DNA of 64,000 nucleotides from Octopus sinensis (Eukaryota). The notes under the pieces were generated by a model. The model made no database searches and was not told the DNA's origin. It saw only the letters and a program-made list of their open reading frames with translations. Of this stretch, positions 54,682 through 64,000 are shown piece by piece. The translations under genes were made by a program, and so were the position numbers. Numbering within the stretch: the first letter of the stretch is position 1; each line of letters opens with the position of its first letter. The stretch covers positions 71,672,001 through 71,736,000 of the forward strand of contig NC_043004.1 in the NCBI RefSeq assembly GCF_006345805.1, written 5' to 3'.

Positions 54682-55079
54682 GAGTAGTTGAATGAATTAT
54701 CTTATGGATAATTCGGTTAACCGATACCTGGGTAGCAAATTCACGTCAGAAAAACACAGTTGAAGCTACATGCCTAGGGCAGAGATCACGTGCTATCGTG
54801 TGGAAATTTGTGTGTTTTTTTTTAATACAAATAAATGAAAGAATGGAGTTGAACGACAAATTAACAAAATTCCTTTATTTTCGACATATGTTTCGAAGGC
54901 TGCATATTCCTAATTTCGAAGGAATAAGGGGTGCATTATGCCGTCTTCTCATCAGAAAAAACAAGGAACGTATGTCAGCATCAAGATGCACAAAAACTTT
55001 TAGATGACTGCCCACACGGAGCCCATAGCGATAATGAGTGTTTATTTAACGGGATATTTTAAATAAACACTCATTATCG
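54680..55079 (-). mobile_element. Solo 3' pLTR of PLE family A1 with a 21-bp fold-back at its 5' end
   Basis: Reverse complement of about 20990-21361 with few differences. It abuts (TA)n at 54645-54678. IR arms at 55029-55049 / 55059-55079. Confidence 0.88.
54878..54960 (-). ncRNA. Type I hammerhead ribozyme (family A1, third copy)
   Basis: uuuuu-CUGAUGA-GAAGAC..GCCUUC-GAAAC-AUAU-GUC-gaaaa, with one stem II mismatch relative to the 21073 copy. Confidence 0.8.
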
Positions 55080-55995
55080 GCGAAAAAATTAGTAGGTCAG
55101 TAAATGTGGTTTAGTTGTAGACTACTTGTGTTGACTTTTGTAAAATGTTGACTTGTTTAGTTATCGATTTTACTTTGATAAATCGCCCATTTATCCTTTT
55201 GTTTCCGGAAAGTGAATGTCATAGATGAGACTTAAGTTTAGCATCTAATTCCACGTAATTAAGTGTGCTCATTTAAATATATCAAAGAAGAGGTCATGTA
55301 GTCTTTTAAATGTTCTGAAAAAGGTATAAATAGGTGTAAAGTGTAGTTGTTCAACATATCTCTTTACTTGTTGTCGCTAATATTAACAATCAAACCGGTA
55401 AGTCTTGTGATATGATGTGCGAAGTTTTAGAAAAACAGTTTAAACTGTGCTTTAAAGTGTATAAATTGATGAATGTAGGTGTAAAGTTGAATCGTTTAGC
55501 TAATTTCTCACCACATGTCAATTGTTAGAGGACAAACCCAGATTCAATAACAACCTATTCGGCAGACATGTCATCTCTTCGAACATGGTTAAAGACATAG
55601 ACAAATTCTCGCCGGAAACAAAAAAGCAGCTCTGTACTGCCTCTCGAGTATCACACATACGGAGGAATAGATGAGGCTTATGCCCTTTCCATGGGTTTTT
55701 ACACCAAAGGTTATTACTCATCAATAAGAGAGACTATAATGAGGAGGTTAACAGTCAAACATAGAAGACTCTGTGATAACGAGTATCAACTCGAGTTCAA
55801 GGTATAGTTAGAGTTGAAATTTGTTTATCTTGAGATTTAAGCCCCACAAATGTATGAAGGTAAGTGTAAATGTTAGATGAGCAGCTTTCTGAGTTGTAGT
55901 AGTTATTTGGTTACTACTTCAAAATATGTAACCCTCGTGCTTTAGGGAGATAACTTCTTAAGGATTTATTGTATGCGCAATGTTAATACAGAGCA

Positions 55996-56070
<75 letters not shown>

Positions 56071-56199
56071 CATATGCAAAATTAGAACAACTTATAAGCT
56101 AGATTCATTCTTCAGTTATAGATTGTGGTTAAATAGGTAGAGAAAAGTACGTAAGATATTTTCATATTCAGAAGGTTGAATATAACTATTGGTTTGAAG

Positions 56200-57450
56200 G
56201 GCTTTATTATTTTGAAGATGTGATTGCAGGAAGAAACAAATTCAAAGTTTTGTTTACGAAATTCATGACTAAATATGATATCGGGCATATCATTATTTTA
56301 CACATAATTTCGTTTAATACCGATATTTTTTCGTTTGATTTGCGAATAGTATTTTGGTTGTATCCTATCTTGAACAGGCCTGCTGTACACTTTATATATG
56401 TCGAACATTGCATGTTCATGGCTACAGTTGAGCCATAGGCAATATCACTTCTTATCAGAAGACAGGAGAGATTTTCAATTGTTGCTGCTATGTGTGTGAG
56501 TTTAGGTTATACCTTCAGAAATTTTGTGGTTGCAATTGACTACAATGTTTTCGAAATTAATAGACGTGGAATATAATATTCTAATGTTATTTTTGTAAAG
56601 CAATGTGTGATACTTTTGTTCAGAGGGGAAGTGTATTCTAAAGATTCTGAAGAATTATATGGCTAATGGCTTATGGTTTCGTGATGGATAGGCTGAAGAA
56701 GATAATTTTCCTTTATTCCATTCTTATGATATTTTATTTATTATAGGTGCGCTCTTATATGGTACTTTTACCTTACAATCAGTGTAATTGAGAGCTTCGT
56801 TATATGGAGTTCTTATTTTGATGGAGGATAAAGACGAACGTCTCTTGGAGATATCTTCTATACAATGTTTTTAACAATGCTTTTAGCAGTGTATGGATTA
56901 CCTGCGTAGACATTGAACTTGCTTTTAATCTTTTTAAGTTTATATGCATTGGATGCTAAGTCAAGTGTAGCGTCGAGAAGATGGCTAAATTTGTGTGTGT
57001 TTACTGCAAAGAACACGCCTACGGTTTCCGAATACTTGATGTAGCCCTTTCCTTAATTTATCCATTTTTGTTGGCCGTAGTTTCTTGGCAGGAATAGACC
57101 GTAATCCTTGTAGAGAATGGAATTTTCTCTGAAAGTTTGCTAATATGTAAAAGCCGTCGATGTCACTTCGTCTTACAGTCAATACTTAGCTCAAATGTTT
57201 CTTTAAAGTTTTTCTTCATCGAGAAAACATTGTTGAGGAAGAGAAGGGATTTCCTTGCTTGTTTCTGTGTCGTTTATTGTAGTTATTGTCCTTGTGTAAT
57301 TGTGGCAATGCTGAGCTTAGGTTTTGTTATTGATGCGTAATAATCTTTGGTGTAAAATTGTAGGAAAGGCATTCTTTTTGTTTGGGATCGTCTTAAACCA
57401 ATCTACAACCTCGTATATTTTACCCTGCTGAATTAAACTATTTTACACAT
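56200..57450 (-). mobile_element. Heavily decayed Penelope-like element (RT thumb through GIY-YIG)
   Basis: HLLDATLDLASNAYK; TPYNEALNY; RKIIFF..FRIHFPLN; STYIKCTAGLFKIGYN; C-terminal FEFVSSCNHIFK. Confidence 0.65.
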
Positions 57451-58132
57451 TGATATTGTTTTGTGAACACTCAAAAACTGACAAGCGTTAATGAACATAG
57501 TCTAAACTCTTTACTATAACTTTCACATTTCCGAAAGTAAAAAATAAATCATGAATTCCTGTCCCCTTCAAAAAAGATGGAAATGAACCTTAGTGATACA
57601 TGCACCGAGCAACAAATACTTTCACCCACCACATACCTCTATGAGTTGAAGAAACACAGGCACAAAACCTGAAACCAATAAACTAAAAGGACTCGCTTGA
57701 TTACAAATTTCGACATGCATCACAGTATAGTGAACAATAACACATTTGATATCAAAAATATTCCTTGATATATTTGTTTTGCAACCGACCCTACAACATA
57801 CTCCTCATTCAATAGGATCACGTCTAGTCAGAATATTTTAATTGATCAGAGATATATAAGGCCAAGATAAACACAAATGTGCCAGTGTCCGATGATGGTT
57901 TTGAATCCAGAGACTTCAAGATCAATGTGGATAATATTTTTGTTAAAGATACATGTGTGACTGTGTTTGTATTTGTACATACACATATGCACATAAACGC
58001 ACACACACACATATTCATATATGTATATATATCTTAGTAAACACATTAATGTGAAAAGAGGTGAGAAGAAAACTGTAGTGGAATACCGAAGATACAGTAA
58101 TATGCTTTAATATTAAAACTGCAAAAACATCT

Positions 58133-58267
58133 AAAAATATCACAAAAAAGAGCTACTCAGAGTTTCACGTTCCCGTTCGTCGGGTAGTTGTGATCAATTT
58201 TCTTGATCACAATTGCCCGACGAATGGTAACGTAAAAGACTGAGTAGCTCTTTTTTGTGATATTTTT
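58133..58267. repeat. 135-bp fold-back (about 65-bp arms, 5-nt loop) with a CCGACGA hammerhead-like motif (family D)
   Basis: aaaaatatcacaaaaaagagctactcag pairs with ctgagtagctcttttttgtgatattttt. The minus strand at 58152-58187 reads CCGACGA-ACG-GGAA-CGU-GAAACUCUGAGUA. Confidence 0.8.
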
Positions 58268-58306
58268 GTGATGTTCTTGTTGCTTTGCTACAAAGTATGT
58301 ATGTAT

Positions 58307-58362
<56 letters not shown>

Positions 58363-58719
58363 ATGTACTATGTATGTATGAATGTATGTATGTATGCACG
58401 TTTGTATGTATATATGAACGTACGAATGGTTTTTTGTAATGTATGAATGCATCTATAAAAGTTTGAATGCGTGTATACATGTATCTATTTATGTATGTGT
58501 GTATTACTATACATATTTTCAGCAATAATACAGAACCTCTTATGAATATGCGTAGACATCCAACCTATCTGCGACTCTTTCCTCAGTATCTGAAATGAAA
58601 GAATGTTTTTTTTTATTAAAACAGTTCAATTTCAGATTGTGGTTATATACAAAATGTTTGAAAAATACGTATGCAATGAAAATACATATAGGAAAAGGAG
58701 TCAGAAACGATTCCATGAA

Positions 58720-59640
58720 ACTTCTTCAGTTATAAATGCAAATAGACATGTCTCATAAAAACCGATATAGTTTTATGGTCTTTATTTTGGCTTTGAATGT
58801 CTCTCACTCTGCAGCTAGTGTCAATCTCTTCTTTTCTGCTTAAACTCAGAAACAAAAAGACTACTCCTAGATAAACACGTATTGAAATATAATCTTGAAA
58901 CGGATCCTGACACAAAATATAGGATATGCAAAAGGCACTATGAAATGATTGACTACATTTTCCCCGGTTTCCCAGTCTTTACCAAACCGCAATATACCAA
59001 CGCTTCGATGTGAATGCATACAAGACCTCGTTCACGCATGTACCGAATGCAATACATTACAATGACCTGGCCACAATAATCTGGAATAAAGTTGTCCAAA
59101 GTAACAACTACCACAAGACGAAGCGTAATAAGAAGACGAACATAATGATAAAGAACTGGGAAAGAAACAAAGGCACGCTGATAGATATCACAACACATTC
59201 TCGAGCAAATATTGCTTAGTAAAATATAACTTAGTAGAAAAGCTATCAAAGTACTAAACCTTAAATTTCAAATATATCCGGAGTGGATCATGAGGGTGGA
59301 AAGAATATCAGTATTAATTAGTGCATTACGTATGATTTAAAATATGAAACTTTGCATAATGACAATACTTGGGCGCACAACACTGTTTTGCAAGAAACAT
59401 TTCAACTATGGCGCGCATTCACATCCTATTCAATTAGCCTCTGATAACTTACAACAACATAATTAATGCAATATATATTAGAAGTCCAATTAAAAGAAAA
59501 CACTACTCACATTACACAAACTATACACAACATCACATACACTCATGTAACAAGAAACAAGAAAGGAAAGCTCCCACGAAACAAACATACAGCAAGCCAA
59601 CAGAAAAAGTCTATACTTCCTAAATCCCCACTCAAATACA
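58720..59640 (+). mobile_element. Decayed R4-like LINE 3' part
   Basis: NDLATIIWNK...TNIMIKNWERNKGTLIDITT...VEKLSKY; WIMRVERISVLISAL. Homologous to 27170-27980. Confidence 0.55.
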
Positions 59641-59842
59641 TAACACTGTAAACACATCAGTAATTAGAAATATATATATATATATATTGTATTAAATTAG
59701 AGATAAAACCACTATTAGGCAAATCAAACAATGAAAAACATAAGCCAATACATAAAATTAATTTAATTTATATTATTTTAAATATATATCAAAAGTATTA
59801 AAAGTTTAATAAAAGATAAAGAGTAATGTGTGCCTTCTATTT

Positions 59843-60220
59843 AAGGCGGCGAGCTGGCAGACACGTTAGCGCGACGGGCGAAATGCTTAGCGGTATTACG
59901 TATGAGTTCAAATTCTGCCGAGGTCGACTTTACCTTTCATCCTTTCGGGGTCGATAAATTATGTACCAGTTACGCATCGGGGTCGATGTAATCGACTTAA
60001 TACCTATGTCTGTCTTTGTTTGTCCCCTCTATGTTTAGTCTCTTGTGGGTAATAAAGAAATAGGTGTTACATTCTGAGTTCAAATTCCGCCTTTCATCTT
60101 TCCGGGGTCGATAAATAAAGTACCAGTTTCGCACTGGAGTCGATGTAATCGACTTAATCCCTTTGTCTGTCCTTGTGTGACCCCTGTATGTTTAGCCCCT
60201 TGTGGGTAATAAAGAAATAT
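59843..60220 (+). mobile_element. tRNA-derived SINE (59843-60063) followed by a 5'-truncated tandem copy (60066-60220)
   Basis: Head aaggcggcgagctggcagacacgttagcg...gagttcaaattctgcc. Both copies end cttgtgggtaataaagaaata. Confidence 0.8.
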
Positions 60221-60329
60221 ATATGTATTCTGTTCACGATCGAAATATTTATGCCCGGATTCTATAGTGTACTGCAAAGTAAATTTATTTAATTACATTT
60301 TCCGTTGATACAGAGATGATCAAAATAAA

Positions 60330-61140
60330 TATTGATATTTAACAAGTGGAAGTGGTAAAGCCGTTTCTCGAACTTTTGCATCACCGGCCTATCTCCGAGC
60401 TTCCCTTTTGTACATAACGTGTACAGACATAGGTATTAATGAAAATATATATTCGAATGTACTGAAACAAAGAGTGTGTAACGAAATAATATACAACAGT
60501 GCATATACAACACATGCACTGATATTAACATTTGGTATACCGAGCTGGTTTAACAAGAAAACCCGCTTCAAAGTTATCAAAGCTAGCAAATTTACATAAA
60601 ATATCAGCTGCAAATTTACATAAAATATACACAAGAATATTGACAAACTATCGCAAGAAAAAGATGAAAACAATAGATTATGAACAGTACAGACAGTGTT
60701 CAAATACCGGATGACATCACTCAACTGCACCTGTCAAATAATTCGCAATCCACGACATGATTAATAAATATCGACTTGCGGTTCCCTAGTCAATATTAGT
60801 TGAGCATTTCTTTTAAAACTTCTACCAAGCCCCAAAATAACAAACCTGACGTAGTTACTTGAGGCGTGAAAGAAAAGTCGTTACAATGACGTTAGTCAAC
60901 TGCACTGAAGATGGAAATATCTCTTGCAAAATCAGCAAGAAGGAGAATATCTATGTGCAGCTACGGCAACAGCTATCTCTCTACCTTGACTGTAGAATCA
61001 CATTTATATCAATAATTACTGGAGCTCTTGGTTATGTCAGTAAATGTCGCAGTGGTAATTGAGAGAAGCTAATATATTCTAAAAAAAACTGACCGAGACA
61101 CACGGATTTTACCCAATACAATCTGTAAGCTGACTATTCT
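60330..61140 (+). mobile_element. Decayed REL-type (R4/NeSL-like) LINE 3' part
   Basis: NNKPDVVT...VNCTEDGNISCKISKKENIY..L...FISIITGALGYVSKC. Confidence 0.55.
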
Positions 61141-61319
61141 TAAAGATCGATTTCTAATAAATATATATATGATCGAAAAACCAGCGGTAGCACTTTTCTT
61201 TGTTTTAAACTAGTTGCCTCCTTTTAAGAAGAATACTAATAAAATTGGGAAGTGTAAACAACATACATACGTTCATACGCAGACACGCACGCACACACAT
61301 ACTCACATACATGCACACA

Positions 61320-61382
<63 letters not shown>

Positions 61383-61789
61383 ACTTATATATACACAGAC
61401 AAATATATGCAATGCTTTGCTTATGTAACATGGAAATATATTTCTTACCATTGATGTTCATTCGATAGAGAATTTCGTAAGTAATGGAAATATCTATCGA
61501 TCCATGGAGTAGGTAGATTCCTCCGCTTGTTTTGATGCTGAAAAAGCCACCGCTGTAACAAATATATTAGAAGTGATGAATGTAATAAACATTTTCATAG
61601 TTGGAGAATTTTACGATTGTATTTACGGCACCAAGTTTCTTTTAATGAAATCGTTCTGTTTATCTTATTATCATTGAGAATATATCTGTTCGTGTTTGTT
61701 ACTTATTACATAGAATATAAAATTTACAGTAATTTAGGGAAATCATATCTTATTATTTAGCACCAGTTCAGCTCTAAGCAAGCAGACCT

Positions 61790-62980
61790 ACAATCATTTC
61801 AGCCTCGGCTTTTATGTTATATTTGAGTTTTTCTGTGGTTTGTGAGTGCGATCGGTGCCATGCAAAAGAGAAATGGGGAGAGAAAGTCACATTGAAAGAT
61901 GTCTAGTTTGATGTTGATGTTGTTAGATTCGCTTATAATATTACTATGGTTTACAGCGAGACTTGTGTTCCACTTGGCCATGCTATCATATATGAGCTTG
62001 GAGATGACAGGAGATTTCTTATATGTCTGAAGTGCCTTCAGTTGCCAACTATGTAGGATACTATCAAATGCCTTCCAGTTGTCTATCCATGCCATACTCA
62101 GGTTTTTACTTTTTGCTCGGCAATTCTCTACATTCATTTTATTTATGGATAATTGATCTTTGCAACCATAAGAATTCCTTTTATAACCTTTTTGCGCTTG
62201 TGGAAAAGTAGAGTTCTGTTCAAAGAAATCGTATATCTTTTCAGTTAGTATAAATGTAAGATTATTTTAGATGATGTTGAAACATGTTATTGATCAGTAG
62301 TTATTTGGATTTTTCTGTCTTTAGATGTTGGTACAAGGTATGTTGTTCCTTCAGTCAACCAGGCAGGTTTTTGCTCTGGGTTCTGGACAACATCAGTAAG
62401 AGATGCAACGTATTTTTGCTGTAATTCTGTCAAAATTCAACTTGAATCTATGAATCCGGTCTAGTCCTGGGTTTTATAAAATTTCTTTGCATCCTGTATT
62501 GTCGATAACATTTCATTCTTTTATCATACTTTCTAAGCTGCAGGGCCTTCAGCGGTATTCGCTGTTTCAATAGTTCCTTGGTTGCAGGGAGGTTTATATT
62601 ATTTCAAATTTTCCTTGATTTCCTAGCTCCTTTTGCCTGTGCAAGGAGGTTAATTTTTGTGTTTAGCAGGGCTGTATAGAAATCTTTCAACACATATCTA
62701 TAATCCTCTCCAATCCATTTTACGCACTTTGCTTTTGATGATGTATTTGATGGCCTTAAAGCATTCACGGTGACAATGAGAGAGATGTCTGCCTGTTCAG
62801 CGTTGATTTTTACATGATATCACTTCCTTGTTCTTCGAATGGATAGATTTGTCATATCGCAGGCTAATCGATAAATATTTAACGCTACTTTTTGGTAACT
62901 ACAATTTAGGAAAAATCTGTTTCTTGATGTTTTAAACTGAGTAACTAATTTCCTCCATTTTACATTCGTTTGCGTGAAGC
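61790..62980 (-). mobile_element. R4/Dong-like LINE RT fragment
   Basis: LSMAWIDNWKAFDSILHSW...DIFQCDFLSPFLFCMA matches the R4 RT pattern WIDY.KAFDS+PH.W...GIFQGD.LSPLLFC. Confidence 0.8.
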
Positions 62981-63029
62981 AATCATCATCATCATCATCA
63001 TCATCATCATTATTATTATTATTATTATT

Positions 63030-63142
63030 GAGTGAGCGAGCAGAGCATGCCATCAAAGTGACACTGGGGTAAAATATACGAAGCCCAGTATACCCATCAT
63101 GACTACCCGTCTGATAAGGGTACACCAGGCACATGCATCACA
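63030..63142 (-). mobile_element. Short LINE/SINE-type 3' end between (ATT)n tracts
   Basis: Non-repetitive 110-bp island ending, in minus orientation, ctcgctcactc-(aat)n. It resembles a common Octopus repeat tail from memory. Confidence 0.35.
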
Positions 63143-63183
63143 TTATTATTATTATTATTATTATTATTATCATTATTATTATT

Positions 63184-63845
63184 GCCTTTACACAGCTTCT
63201 AACACTGGAGATGTACTACGGTTTCAGCTGTTCACAAGCAGTGAATTAAGGTAACACCTCTTAGTTTTCGAGCACCTTCCGGAGTATTCGAGCGCTTCCA
63301 AGCAGTGCTGTTTCCTGCAAGTGCTCCACCCTTATTGCAGCCCGTATTTGTTCCACGTACTTCTCAAGATTTTTGTTCACTGTTCCCAGAGCTCCGACAA
63401 TAATTGGTCCTACTGCTACCTTTTTCATCGACCACAACTACTTAACTTCCCAAGCTAACCTGTCATATCTCTCGACTATTCTTTTTCCTTATCGTATACC
63501 TCGTTGTCAGCTGGGCATGTCATATCTATGATCCAGCATAGTTTCTTTTCTTCCTCAATTAAGACTATGTCTGGCTTCCTATTCTCAATCTCATGGTCGC
63601 ACTGAATCATAAAATTCCACAGGATCTTTACATTTCTATTTTCGACGATGCCTTCAATTTTGTGGTCGTACCAATTTTTTGCTTTGTCAATTCCATACTT
63701 GTTGCAAAGTGTCCAATGGACAAGCCTGGCTATATTGTCGTGGCGTCCCTTATATTCCTTCTGGGCTAGTGGCCTACATTGGCTGGAAATAGGCCATAGG
63801 TTTACATGCTGTAACCCATTAGAAGGGTTCCTGGTATCTTTTGAG
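63184..63845 (-). mobile_element. R4/Dong-like LINE 3' part flanked on both sides by (TAA)n
   Basis: CRPLAQKEYKGRHDNIARLVHWTLCNKY..KILWNFMIQCDHEIENRKPDIVLI..WIIDMTCP..IIVGALG..TALLGSARILRKVLEN*. (ATT)n at 63143-63183 and 63849-63891. Confidence 0.88.
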
Positions 63846-63846
63846 T

Positions 63847-63892
<46 letters not shown>

Positions 63893-64000
63893 GTGTTTTA
63901 CCTTCTTTCTTCAAATTTTCTTCAGTTTCTCGCCGAGTGTTTTCCATACATCTAGGGCAGAGAAGCTCATTGTATGCATTCCCAGATTACACGCGGAAAT

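Overview
This is eukaryotic, very AT-rich DNA packed with microsatellites ((TA)n, (CA)n, (GATA)n, (AAT)n, (AGT)n). The tRNA-derived SINEs look like those I know from Octopus, so a cephalopod origin is an inference. Most entries in the ORF track are microsatellite artefacts. Most of the recognisable sequence is decayed transposable elements: Penelope-like elements (PLEs), R4/Dong-like REL LINEs next to (TAA)n tracts, a Tx1-like LINE, RTE and CR1 fragments, Tigger/pogo, mariner, a DD41D element, hAT, possible piggyBac, and SINEs. One host gene can be built by hand on the + strand from 5 coding exons (14367-28180). It encodes a signal peptide, a PAN/Apple-like module and a second domain I cannot name, about 241 aa in total, with an apparent 1-bp frameshift in exon 3. 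The most striking feature is a set of about 13 type I hammerhead-ribozyme motifs in about 7 sequence families. Many sit in fold-back (inverted) PLE termini, from short palindromes to 210-bp arms around a GIY-YIG remnant. Two related families show compensatory stem changes, several motifs carry recurrent non-canonical cores (U4C, A6U, A9C), and one intact copy lies sense-strand in an intron of the host gene. All structures were read by eye, and TE boundaries are approximate.
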